IMG/VR virus record: IMGVR_UViG_3300028534_000009
Strand: one strand, 5' to 3'
DNA length: 41,031 nucleotides
From: a virus
In this document: positions 23,190-32,630 of the stretch, piece after piece
Layout of the letters: each line of letters begins with the position of its first letter
Position numbering within the stretch: position 1 is the first letter of the stretch
Notes under the pieces: generated by a model
Seen by the model: the letters and a program-made list of their open reading frames with translations, nothing else
Database searches by the model: none
What the model was told of the DNA's origin: nothing
Position numbers and translations under genes: made by a program

Positions 23190-23615
23190 GTGTACATTTC
23201 AAAGCTTCCAGTCAAAGGGAAGTTTGCTTATTCAAATGTTCCAGATATTGACTTTTTGCAAAAGTACAGCGAGCAACACTTTGAAGAGCATCAGCTAATC
23301 GTAAGCGGAATCAATGCTTTACTTGATTATCTTGGAAAGCCTAAACTTAAAAATGTTGAGGAATTTGGTTTAGTTATCTGGGACAAAACTCAGTGGGAAA
23401 TTTTCTTTAAAAAAAACTTTGAGCAACATCTTTTGTTTTATTCTAAACTGAACGAAATAGGTTCAAGCTTAACTGTACCTGTTTTCGTAGCTCCTAAGCT
23501 TTATCCTTCTATGAAACCTGACTTCCCTTTAGAAACTTTCTTTTTTTACGAATGGCAAATACATAACTTAACTATGAACGCAATAAACAAAATAAATCAA
23601 ACATTGGGGATATAA
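23190..23615 (+). CDS. Hypothetical virion-arm protein
   Basis: 141 aa with a GTG start 2 nt after the upstream stop. Confidence 0.5.
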   Translation: MYISKLPVKGKFAYSNVPDIDFLQKYSEQHFEEHQLIVSGINALLDYLGKPKLKNVEEFGLVIWDKTQWEIFFKKNFEQHLLFYSKLNEIGSSLTVPVFVAPKLYPSMKPDFPLETFFFYEWQIHNLTMNAINKINQTLGI

Positions 23616-23616
23616 T

Positions 23617-24009
23617 ATGTGGCTACCAAGCCAGGTTTTTGAAAAGCTCGTGTTTTTAGGTGGTGCTGAAGTGTTACAAATGTTAAACGACTTTAATTGC
23701 TTTTATATCACTCTTAAACTCATTGAATCAGGATTGTTTGCTTATTATCGTGCTGAAAAAGAATGTCTCGTTATTTACGGATTCATTGACGAATGGAATG
23801 GGAAAATAGACGAATCTCTTTATAAAGAGCTTTTGCAGTGCAAAAAGAGTGGAAGGTATGCTTTTGTTTTGTGGGTTGCTGGCAATATTGACTTTGAGCT
23901 TATGAGGTTGTTTGTTAATCGTAATTTGAAAACTTGTGAAAAAATGGTATTCTATAGACATAAGTATAATCGCTGTAGTGAAATAAATTTAAGGAGGTTT
24001 AAAAAATGA
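23617..24009 (+). CDS. Hypothetical protein
   Basis: 130 aa, tightly packed with its neighbours. Confidence 0.5.
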   Translation: MWLPSQVFEKLVFLGGAEVLQMLNDFNCFYITLKLIESGLFAYYRAEKECLVIYGFIDEWNGKIDESLYKELLQCKKSGRYAFVLWVAGNIDFELMRLFVNRNLKTCEKMVFYRHKYNRCSEINLRRFKK

Positions 24010-24692
24010 GTTGGGCAGCAGTGGCAGGTGCAGCGTTAGCAGCAGAGGTTGGATTAAGCATATACAAAGCGTTGAATCCTCCTAAAATCAAAGTTGAAAC
24101 TCCACACTTGGACGAAAATCTCTTGTCTCAGTTAAAAACCAAAATTAATTCTATGAGTACTTTAAGTGATGTTGCAAGAGTCAATGTAACTGAAGCACTT
24201 GAGAAGTACAGAAAAGGAGAACTTACTCCACAGTACAAAGCTATGCTTGATAGATGGTGGAAAGAAAACTTGCAAAAGTTAGAGCAAACATTAGCAGCAA
24301 GAGGGCTTTCTCATTCTTCAGTTGCAATGTCTGCTTTACAAGACTTGTCTGCTAAGTATCAGGAGTTAGCAGGGCAGTTGTTACAAAAGCAATTGTATGA
24401 CTCTTTAAGAATAGCAGGATTAACTGATGCAGACATTAGACAGATAGAGCAAACTTTAAACCTTGACTTAAGGGCACAGGCTTATAGGGCACAAACAGAG
24501 CTTGAGAAAGAAAGAATAAAGTATGGTGTACAGAACAGTGCAATGAATACTTTAGGAAGCACTTTATCTTCTTTTGCTCAGCTTTTTGGTAGGCAAAGTG
24601 GTTCTAGTAGTGGCACTGCTACTGGCATTGCTTCTTTAGGTGGTGGTGGATTAAAACAAGAATTTGACGAAAATAAGCTTACAATTGGATAA
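24006..24692 (+). CDS. Putative internal virion / ejection protein with N-terminal TM
   Basis: MSWAAVAGAALAAEVGLSIY, then coiled-coil Q/L-rich sequence and a Gly/Ser tail. The position parallels T7 gp14. Confidence 0.4.
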   Translation: MSWAAVAGAALAAEVGLSIYKALNPPKIKVETPHLDENLLSQLKTKINSMSTLSDVARVNVTEALEKYRKGELTPQYKAMLDRWWKENLQKLEQTLAARGLSHSSVAMSALQDLSAKYQELAGQLLQKQLYDSLRIAGLTDADIRQIEQTLNLDLRAQAYRAQTELEKERIKYGVQNSAMNTLGSTLSSFAQLFGRQSGSSSGTATGIASLGGGGLKQEFDENKLTIG

Positions 24693-24703
24693 GGGAGGAA
24701 GCT

Positions 24704-25729
24704 ATGGGTCTTTTTGATAGCATTAAGCACTTTTTCCAAAAAGTATTTGAAGACACGGAAAAGTTTTTCTTCCATAGCCACGGGTTTCCAACACCTCAAG
24801 ATGTACAAAAAACTTTTCAGGAAACTCAAAAGCGTTACATAGAGAGTCGTCCTTGGATTCAAGCAATAAAGAAAATACAACAAAGTAATTACACGCTGCC
24901 TAACTGGAGCAAAATATTGAGTCTTTATAGAGCAAAAGAAGACGAGTTTAAAGGTAATCTTAACAAGATTGTGCAGGAAGAAATGAAAGCTTTGGGTGCA
25001 CTTGAGTCGCAAAGAAAGCACGGAGAGATGGGACTTGCTTCTTTAATAGCTGGTGCAATAGGAAGAAGTGAAACTCCTTTAATGGGATTTTTTAGAAACA
25101 AGCTTTTTGGTTTAGAAAAAGAAGCACGAGAGAAGTACGGCAAGCAAAAGTCTATCTGGCAAAAAGACATTAGTTCAGTGCACGACGCTTTAGCTAAGCT
25201 TTCAGACAAAGACTTTCAAAACAAAATAGCAAAACAAATGCACTTAGCTAGATTATATCATACTTTACTTAAAGAAAAAAATATGGAAGCTTTAGCTAAT
25301 GTTGGATTGAAATTAAAGCCTATTTATGAGTCTTACAGCAACTTTTTTAATAAGCTAAAGGAGAGCCTCTTAAATCTAGGATACAGTCAGGAAGAAGTTG
25401 ACGAGTACTTAAAAGCGTTAAGTCCAGACTTACCTTACGAAGGAAACCTTGAGTCTGAAGGTGGAATAGCTCATCCTTTAACTATGGCTCAAGACATGAA
25501 GCCAGAAGATAAAGACAAGTTTATTATTCCTCACTTAGACGAAAGTTTTAAAGAAGAAGACAAAACCTTGCGTCAAGCTGGAAGCAGTCAAAAACTTGAC
25601 GAAAGAAAATTTATTATTCCTAGAGTGGAAAAACAAGAGCAAACTTTCCAAACTGGTAAACAGCAGACAAAGCCTATACCAAGAGCTAAACCTGTTCCCA
25701 AGATAGATGTTGGCAAACTAGCCGTTTAA
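24704..25729 (+). CDS. Putative internal virion protein
   Basis: 341 aa, K/E-rich, with an AGGGAGGAAGCT SD. Confidence 0.4.
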   Translation: MGLFDSIKHFFQKVFEDTEKFFFHSHGFPTPQDVQKTFQETQKRYIESRPWIQAIKKIQQSNYTLPNWSKILSLYRAKEDEFKGNLNKIVQEEMKALGALESQRKHGEMGLASLIAGAIGRSETPLMGFFRNKLFGLEKEAREKYGKQKSIWQKDISSVHDALAKLSDKDFQNKIAKQMHLARLYHTLLKEKNMEALANVGLKLKPIYESYSNFFNKLKESLLNLGYSQEEVDEYLKALSPDLPYEGNLESEGGIAHPLTMAQDMKPEDKDKFIIPHLDESFKEEDKTLRQAGSSQKLDERKFIIPRVEKQEQTFQTGKQQTKPIPRAKPVPKIDVGKLAV

Positions 25730-25739
25730 GGAGGAAACG

Positions 25740-27626
25740 ATGAGTCTTTTAAATTTGATAGAGAAAACGGTAAAGGAGATAAGTGAGAAAGGCAAGCCTG
25801 CGTTAGAAACTCTTGCTAAAAAAGTTCCTTCTTCTGTTAAGAAAGTTGGCACTATTGCAGAGAAAGGAGCAGAGCTTGCTGAAAAAACTGGTGTTAAAAG
25901 GATTGCCAAAGGTGTAGCAAGTTTGGCAGAAAACCCATTTATCAGTTATCCTGCAGGTACTGTTTTGTGGGTCTTAACGAATCCTACTAAAACAAATGCT
26001 CCAGACGAGATGTATAAATACGATGTTAAGGAACAGAAAAAGGACATAAAGAAGCTGGCAGAGTTAGGATTTCAGCCAAAAGAGATAGCAGCAATCATTG
26101 AAGCTCAAAAGAATCTTTACGAAGATCCAGAGTATCAATTAGCTGCACAATATTCGAAAAAAGGTGGTTACGAATATCGTTTATCTCGTTATCTGGAAGA
26201 ACTTTTCAAGACTGCTCAAAAGTATCACTTGAACTTTAACGAGCTTCAAAAAAAGCTTTTTGGAAAAGTTTTTTACGAATACGACGAAGTTCCTAAACCA
26301 GTAGCTTTTCCTATACCTGATGTGCCAGAGAAAAAAGCCCAAACAGTGAGAGTGACTGAAGAAGAAAATTATCCTACTGTTAAGTTGCCTGAAATAGAAG
26401 TAGTTGACACCAAGATAAAAGGCAAAAAACCAAAAGAAGTGGTAACGAAGAAAGTTGGTATTAAGCAAACTGAGCAGGAACCACAAATAGAAAAAGTTGA
26501 ACATGCAGTTAAAGAAACTCCTACTATGCACGAGGAGAAAGTTCAAAAGACTGAAGCAACATTGCCTCAAAACGAATTTCAGCAGTACATAAACCAGCTT
26601 GACGCTATTAACAAGCAAAGAAAAGAAATAATGGACAGAATTGACAACTTGATTAAAGACACAGACGAAAAGTTGAGAGAGTATTACGACGAATACGAAA
26701 AAAAGATGGAAAAAGTTTTAAATCAAAAGATGCCTGATGCTCCTACTTATCAGGATGTTATGAAGGTTCACAATGGATTAGAGGCTTTAACCAGATTTAT
26801 TATTCCTGCTATTGTTACGATTGTTGCTATGCTTCACCCTGGGGATTACGGTGAGAACATAGTAGCAGTTGATAAGATGTGGCAGGCTATAAGAAACAAC
26901 GACCTTCAGCGTTACAAGTTTGCTTTACAGGATTGGCAGAATCAGCTAAAGAAGTTTGAATACGAAGTTGAAAAAGGAAAAGCAGAAGCTGACTTAATTT
27001 TGCAGAGAGCCAAGTTTGAAGAAGGCTTGTCTAATAGAGAATTGAAGCTTTTAGAAAACAAGCTTAAGATGTATAACGACATGCAAGAGCAGGCATTGAA
27101 TCGTTTAAAGCTTTTCAATAATCTCTGGAATATGTGGTACAACATACTTTGGAAAAACCAATATTTAGATGTACTTAAAACCAATGCGTTATTAAAAGGG
27201 AAAGGGCTAGAGTTAAGAGAAAAAGAGTTAGGAATAAAAGCAGCAGATGTTGCAAGTAAAGCTAAGTACAGAGAAGAAAGATTAAAGCTTTTAGAACAAC
27301 AATTAAAAGAAAGAGCAAAGTATCACGGACTAAGATTAGAGCTTGATAAGTTTAAAGCTATTTTGAGACATGCTAAAGATCCTTATCAAAGAATTGAAAT
27401 TTTAACTAGAGCTTTGCACGCTTTAGAAAGTGGACAACATCCAGTAGGAAACTTCTTGCAATTTTTACAAAATATGAGTCAGCAACAACCACAGCAAAAT
27501 CAGGTCAACAGTGTACCAGGTGGTACTAATCAACAAGCTGAATCAAGCGACATTAAGAATCTTTTAAAAGAGATGATTTACGGTGAACTTTTTAAAACTT
27601 TGAAAGAAATCAAAAAACAGAGGTAA
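25740..27626 (+). CDS. Putative internal virion / ejection protein (coiled-coil, one TM-like segment)
   Basis: 628 aa with a FIIPAIVTIVAMLHPG segment and long heptad-like K/E/L regions. The position parallels T7 gp15. Confidence 0.4.
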   Translation: MSLLNLIEKTVKEISEKGKPALETLAKKVPSSVKKVGTIAEKGAELAEKTGVKRIAKGVASLAENPFISYPAGTVLWVLTNPTKTNAPDEMYKYDVKEQKKDIKKLAELGFQPKEIAAIIEAQKNLYEDPEYQLAAQYSKKGGYEYRLSRYLEELFKTAQKYHLNFNELQKKLFGKVFYEYDEVPKPVAFPIPDVPEKKAQTVRVTEEENYPTVKLPEIEVVDTKIKGKKPKEVVTKKVGIKQTEQEPQIEKVEHAVKETPTMHEEKVQKTEATLPQNEFQQYINQLDAINKQRKEIMDRIDNLIKDTDEKLREYYDEYEKKMEKVLNQKMPDAPTYQDVMKVHNGLEALTRFIIPAIVTIVAMLHPGDYGENIVAVDKMWQAIRNNDLQRYKFALQDWQNQLKKFEYEVEKGKAEADLILQRAKFEEGLSNRELKLLENKLKMYNDMQEQALNRLKLFNNLWNMWYNILWKNQYLDVLKTNALLKGKGLELREKELGIKAADVASKAKYREERLKLLEQQLKERAKYHGLRLELDKFKAILRHAKDPYQRIEILTRALHALESGQHPVGNFLQFLQNMSQQQPQQNQVNSVPGGTNQQAESSDIKNLLKEMIYGELFKTLKEIKKQR

Positions 27627-27629
27627 GCT

Positions 27630-30600
27630 ATGAAAAGACTTTGGGAAGAAGTTAATCCTGAAGTTTCTAAAGAAAGTACTAACATTTCTAATAGTGCTGA
27701 CTTACAAGTTAGTCAAGCAAGTCAAAGTTTCAGCAAAGGAATCTTGACTGAAGATTGGCACATAGAACCAAAATCTGAAGAAAATCAGAACAAGGACTTA
27801 TTGGAAGCTCAAAAGTTGCCAGAGCACTTTAGTATCTTTGGAATGTTAAAAGACTTGTCTAAAACTGCCGTAATGTTAGGATTTGGTTCTTTAGTAAAAA
27901 AAGGAGTTTCTACTGTAGGAAAGTTTTTGCCTGGGGAATGGTGGCTAAAGTACGGAATCAATCTTGCTGAAGACCTTGCTTATGTTGCTGGACTCTACGG
28001 AGCTGGAAAAGTTTTGTTTAAAGACCAAGACATTCCTGAACTCGTAGCAAGCTTTGTAGGCTGGGAGAAAGGCTTTGACATTGGTGAAAAGGTATTTAAA
28101 GGAGCAGAATTTCGTTTGTTAAAGAGTTTTGGAAAGGTTACCGCTGGAGCTATTGGTTCTGCTTTAGTAGAAACTGGATATGGTACTTTAATAGAACACA
28201 AACCTTTTAATCTTTATCAAGAAATTAAGAACGAGATTACTGCTAACTGGGTTCTTAATGGTGTAGCAGAAGTTGGTAGCCTTTACTTTAAAGGTTTGGG
28301 GAAAGCTATAAAGTTTACTGGCGAGCAAGTTGCTAAGGCTAACCCAGAATTAGCAGAAGCAATGACGAGAAAAGTAAGTGCCTTTTTCAACAAGATGACA
28401 CCGAGTTTTCTTTTAAGGTTTATGGCAAAAACTTCTACTGGCTTAAACTTTTTGTCTAACTACGCTAACATTGTTATTAAAAAAGAGCTTGAAGACTTTA
28501 GAACCAAGTACGAAAAGCCGTTGATGCACTGGGCTGATGTAATGGACTTAACCAGAATAGACGAGGCTGGTGGTTCTGTAATAAACCCGAACTACTTTAA
28601 AAAACATGTAGCAAACTTCTTGTTAAAGAAAGAAGAAGGTGAAGCCGTACCTTACTTGTTTTTTGAGTTTATAAGAGACCCTGATGTTCCTAAGCATCCT
28701 TTTTACAAGAAAGTTATTCCTAAGCTGGAAAACAGGTTAGGTATTTCTTATCAGGAATTGAAGAATAGGTTAATGGAAGAATATCCTTTATTGTTTAATC
28801 ATCCTGAAAATTACCTGTACAAGTTGCAGAAGCAAAGTTTTGATTACTTAAGAGAGAAAGGATTATTTGACGGCAAGGCTTATAAGTTTGTTAAAAGAGT
28901 AAGTGAAATAATGACACCAGAAGAATTTTTAAACTTCAGGAAAACTTACGAGTACTTAAACGAAATTGACAAAGTGAAAAAAGACTTACAAAAAGAAATA
29001 GACACTTTAAAAAGCCAATTAGTAACGGCAGTAACTAAAGACAACAAAAAGTTGATTGAAATTAAGTTACAGGAGCTTAAAGAAAAGGAAAGCAGATTAA
29101 ACGAATTATTAAAGGAAATAAGAGAAAAAAGAAAAGACTTTATAGCAACGAGAAAAAGATTAAACGAAATAGCCAAAAAGTCTGGTTTTAAAAACATTGA
29201 CGAATATCTGAACAGTGAAGTAGGCAAAAACTATGTTACACCGCACGAAGCAAAGTTAGCGTTTGACAAACAAAGAGAAGTAGTAAACGAAGCTTACCTG
29301 CCGAGAACGCTGTTAGACAAAAAGTACATTAAAGACTTTCAAAACAGGTATAACTTATCAGACACAAATTTTGCAAAAGACTTGGAAGAGTTTTACGAGT
29401 TTACTGACTACATGTTTAGAGCTACGATGCCTACAAAAGAATTAAAAAAGAGAGAGTACAGATTTTTCATTGACTATATTTTTAGCAAAGAATTTCCAGA
29501 GCACGACATTTTTCCTTTATTAAAGCCTGGGGTACACTTTGAAAATGTGGTTACGGCTAAGTACACTTATGCACCATTTTTCCACAGATTGTTGGACTTT
29601 TTAAAGAAAAATGTTGATAGCCCTGAAAGCAAAATTTTCGTAGAGGTTATGAGGAAACATTACAGAGTGCCAGCAGTAGCGAGCAAAGCTTTGACTGACG
29701 ATTACCTGCAAGCTTTTCACAACATTGATAACTTGTTTGTACACAAGAATTTGTTAGATACGATAGTGCAATTGAAGTGGTTTGCTACTGGAATGGAAGG
29801 GAGAGCGTTGTACAGTCCTTATGTGCAGAAAATTTCTCCTTTAATGAAGATAAACACTTTGCTTAAGAGTACTGCATTGCTTTTTGGAATTATTCACTAC
29901 AAGTCTCTTGCGTCTGCTGCTTTAGCAACGGGGTTTAGAGGAGCGTTAAAAGAAGCTGCGTCAAAGTTGTTTAAGCCTTACGAAGGAGTTCTTGAAGACC
30001 AGAAACAGCTTCTATGGAGAATATACAAAAAGCTAGAAGAAGACAAAATAGAAGTTTCGCTTACGATAGGAAACATAATAGACGAGAACAGGTTCTGGAA
30101 GACTTGGCAGGCATTAGAGGAAAGTGATAGTACTTTGAAGAAGCTAGCTGGAATTTCGTTAAAAGTGATGAATGAATGGGAAAAAAGTTTGTGGCACAAG
30201 TTTTTTACTACATTAGCATTGAAAAGTATTCACGATGTTTTGTACAATCCTGAGTTTACCAAGACGGAAAAAATAATGATGCTAGAAAAGTTGAACTCTC
30301 TTTACGGTGGTAATCCTGAGTGGTTTGTTATAACACCTGAAAGTAGAGCAATGATAAAGCTTATTGCTTTTGCACCAGATTGGTACTTGACGATATTTAA
30401 GCACTTCAAAGGATTCGTAGAAAATCATCCTTTATTTGAAGATTTTTTTAAGAAGATTTTCTTTTATCACTACTTGTGGGCTGACTACTATTCTCGTAAG
30501 CTTTACGGTGAAAGAGTAGTACAAAGGTTTATGCAGACATTGAATCCGTTGGACTTAGTGAGCGTTCCCGTTTACTCTTACAAGAATGGTAGACTAAGCG

Positions 30601-31454
30601 TTAAAAGGTTGTCCCCTATTGGTTTTGAGATTGAAGGAATGGAATTTGTTGGATTTTTGCCTTTATTGGATGCATTTTACAAGGCTAAAGTGTACTCTAA
30701 CTGGAATCCGTTTTTTATCTTTAAGAATGTATTTTTAGAGTGGGGCAAGTTTTTAACGGGCAAGATGTCTGCATTTTTGAGAACTTTTGTTGACCTTGCT
30801 AACTTCTTTTATAGAGCTAAAGATTACGATGTGAAGTCAATAGATTCTTTAAAGGATGTGTTAGCAAGTGTACCTTGGACGGTATTGCCTGCACCTATTT
30901 TCGTTACAAAGCTGGCTTTGTTGGAAAACGAAATTATTTCTGGAACGAGAGCAAGGTTTGACCCATTAGAGATGGTTATACTTTCTTCAGTAGGAACGAA
31001 GTACTTTACTGAGGGTACGGTAGGAGATATTTTAGCAAGAAAGTTTTTGAAGCCTTTTAAAAACGATCCTGATTATGTGAAAAGGTTAAGTGCTGATTTA
31101 GAGCTGGTAGTGAGGTTGAAAAACTTAGCGTACAGTTTAGGAATGGCGCCGAAACCAGCGTCTTTGAAAGGTATTTACGAAACGCTTGCTACAGGGATAA
31201 TTAATCATAAGTACTTAAGAGATCTTGACAAATTGGCAAAAACAATAATAATGTATAAGCAGGGAGGACAGCCTTTAGAAGCGGTAGAGGAGCTTTACAA
31301 CGAAACTTTAAGAAAGATGTATGAGGACTTGAAGGGTACTTATTACGGAGTAGCAATGAAGGCTGATCCGAATTTGTGGAAGTACTTAGTGCAGGTATTT
31401 AACAGAAAGTTAGCAATGGAGCTTAAAAAGGAAGCTCCAAGTTTGTTAAAGTGA
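27630..31454 (+). CDS. Putative large internal virion / ejection protein
   Basis: 1274 aa, the largest ORF. Its position and size parallel T7 gp16 (1318 aa). No enzymatic motif recognised. Confidence 0.4.
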   Translation: MKRLWEEVNPEVSKESTNISNSADLQVSQASQSFSKGILTEDWHIEPKSEENQNKDLLEAQKLPEHFSIFGMLKDLSKTAVMLGFGSLVKKGVSTVGKFLPGEWWLKYGINLAEDLAYVAGLYGAGKVLFKDQDIPELVASFVGWEKGFDIGEKVFKGAEFRLLKSFGKVTAGAIGSALVETGYGTLIEHKPFNLYQEIKNEITANWVLNGVAEVGSLYFKGLGKAIKFTGEQVAKANPELAEAMTRKVSAFFNKMTPSFLLRFMAKTSTGLNFLSNYANIVIKKELEDFRTKYEKPLMHWADVMDLTRIDEAGGSVINPNYFKKHVANFLLKKEEGEAVPYLFFEFIRDPDVPKHPFYKKVIPKLENRLGISYQELKNRLMEEYPLLFNHPENYLYKLQKQSFDYLREKGLFDGKAYKFVKRVSEIMTPEEFLNFRKTYEYLNEIDKVKKDLQKEIDTLKSQLVTAVTKDNKKLIEIKLQELKEKESRLNELLKEIREKRKDFIATRKRLNEIAKKSGFKNIDEYLNSEVGKNYVTPHEAKLAFDKQREVVNEAYLPRTLLDKKYIKDFQNRYNLSDTNFAKDLEEFYEFTDYMFRATMPTKELKKREYRFFIDYIFSKEFPEHDIFPLLKPGVHFENVVTAKYTYAPFFHRLLDFLKKNVDSPESKIFVEVMRKHYRVPAVASKALTDDYLQAFHNIDNLFVHKNLLDTIVQLKWFATGMEGRALYSPYVQKISPLMKINTLLKSTALLFGIIHYKSLASAALATGFRGALKEAASKLFKPYEGVLEDQKQLLWRIYKKLEEDKIEVSLTIGNIIDENRFWKTWQALEESDSTLKKLAGISLKVMNEWEKSLWHKFFTTLALKSIHDVLYNPEFTKTEKIMMLEKLNSLYGGNPEWFVITPESRAMIKLIAFAPDWYLTIFKHFKGFVENHPLFEDFFKKIFFYHYLWADYYSRKLYGERVVQRFMQTLNPLDLVSVPVYSYKNGRLSVKRLSPIGFEIEGMEFVGFLPLLDAFYKAKVYSNWNPFFIFKNVFLEWGKFLTGKMSAFLRTFVDLANFFYRAKDYDVKSIDSLKDVLASVPWTVLPAPIFVTKLALLENEIISGTRARFDPLEMVILSSVGTKYFTEGTVGDILARKFLKPFKNDPDYVKRLSADLELVVRLKNLAYSLGMAPKPASLKGIYETLATGIINHKYLRDLDKLAKTIIMYKQGGQPLEAVEELYNETLRKMYEDLKGTYYGVAMKADPNLWKYLVQVFNRKLAMELKKEAPSLLK

Positions 31455-31461
31455 GGTTCAG

Positions 31462-31785
31462 ATGCCAAAAAAGAAAAAAGCTTCAGGTACTGCCAAACCA
31501 GAAGAGATTCTCAACCAGCTTAATCTTCTCACTAATAAGGTTCTTGAAAAGGCAATTGATTCGTTAGAAAGAGGTGAACCTTTAGATAAAGACTTTTTTG
31601 CAATGTATCTTTTAACGATAGATAAGACGAAAGAAGTGGTTAAGGTTAACACCAAAGCAGACTTTGGGAAGAGTTTCTTTGACGATGTAGAGGAAGACTT
31701 AAGTTTGGTTGAGGAGAAACAGAGTCTATTAGAGAGCTTCTTGAACGAAAACAAAGACAAAAACAAAAAAGGCAAAAACAAGTAA
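31462..31785 (+). CDS. Hypothetical protein with basic termini (alternative small-terminase candidate)
   Basis: MPKKKKASGTAKP...KDKNKKGKNK. The antisense ORF 31458..31781 was rejected. Confidence 0.55.
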   Translation: MPKKKKASGTAKPEEILNQLNLLTNKVLEKAIDSLERGEPLDKDFFAMYLLTIDKTKEVVKVNTKADFGKSFFDDVEEDLSLVEEKQSLLESFLNENKDKNKKGKNK

Positions 31786-31797
31786 GGAGGGGAGGAG

Positions 31798-32070
31798 ATG
31801 AGGTTTTTAATGGTGGCGTTTCTTGAGAGTGGGATTTTGCACTTTATTTTACCGGTGTTATTTGCGTCAATTCTTTTCGTGTTAGCAATGTTTTTTAACG
31901 AGGTAGCACTTCCTTATGTACTTGGATTCTTTGGACTAGAAATAGTTCTTGCATACTTGGTTAGAAAAAAACACCTTGGAGGAAGTGTGTATGGAACCAC
32001 ACGAGGTAGAGATTTCGGAACTCAAAATGAAAGTGTCGAATCTGGAGGGCAAGTTGAATGGCAAGACTGA
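31798..32070 (+). CDS. Membrane protein (2-3 TM segments)
   Basis: MRFLMVAFLESGILHFILPVLFASILFVLAMFFNEVALPYVLGFFGLEIVLAYLV with a GGAGGGGAGGAG SD. The 3' end overlaps the next ORF by 80 nt. Confidence 0.5.
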   Translation: MRFLMVAFLESGILHFILPVLFASILFVLAMFFNEVALPYVLGFFGLEIVLAYLVRKKHLGGSVYGTTRGRDFGTQNESVESGGQVEWQD

Positions 32071-32206
32071 GGTCATAGACGACCTTAAAACACGAATGGC
32101 TTGTATAGAGAATAAGCTGGACAAGTTGTTTTTATTGGTACTTTCGGAGTTTATTGGCGTTATTGTTGGGCTTTTGTTTTTCGTACTGCACCACATTATT
32201 AAGTAA
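31991..32206 (+). CDS. Coiled-coil protein with C-terminal TM anchor
   Basis: The start is trimmed to MEPHEVEISELKMK after TTGGAGGAAGTGTGT. The C-terminus is LFLLVLSEFIGVIVGLLFFVLHHII. Confidence 0.5.
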   Translation: MEPHEVEISELKMKVSNLEGKLNGKTEVIDDLKTRMACIENKLDKLFLLVLSEFIGVIVGLLFFVLHHIIK

Positions 32207-32230
32207 GGCAATGCATAAGGGGAGGGATAA

Positions 32231-32623
32231 ATGGCATTTTCAGTGTGGGAGGCACTGGAGAACATATTGGAAAAAACAACGGAGGTTTCAGAGGAAAGAA
32301 AAGAACAGGTCGTTCGAATATATAACAGTTTACGGCTTGACCGACTCTACAGCGAAAAGCTTCAAGTATTCCTATTAGCAATCTTCTTAACTTTCGGTTC
32401 TCAAACCTTTGACGGTTGCATAGTTGCTTTCAACAAACATCCGAGCTTTAAGTGGATAAGGAAAGAGGGTAGCGAGATTGATACCTTTGTTAAGCGTGCC
32501 AATATGGTTCATCCTTATAAGGCTCTTATGATTCTCATGCACGCTTTACTCGTTCAGCTTACTCCTAAACAGCTTTACGACTTTAGAGAAATATTGACAA
32601 ATCTACTAAAGGAAATAAGTTAG
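32231..32623 (+). CDS. Hypothetical protein (small-terminase candidate by position)
   Basis: 130 aa, immediately upstream of the large terminase gene, with a GGGGAGGGATAA SD. Confidence 0.35.
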   Translation: MAFSVWEALENILEKTTEVSEERKEQVVRIYNSLRLDRLYSEKLQVFLLAIFLTFGSQTFDGCIVAFNKHPSFKWIRKEGSEIDTFVKRANMVHPYKALMILMHALLVQLTPKQLYDFREILTNLLKEIS

Positions 32624-32630
32624 TAAATAT

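Noticed and set aside
26181-31781. Antisense ORFs within the internal-virion genes (26181..26618, 26942..27184, 27995..28201, 28946..29227, 29978..30199, 31458..31781)
   Set aside because: All are Phe/Leu/Ser-rich reverse readings of K/E-rich plus-strand genes. They have no SD and sit in a unidirectional operon.
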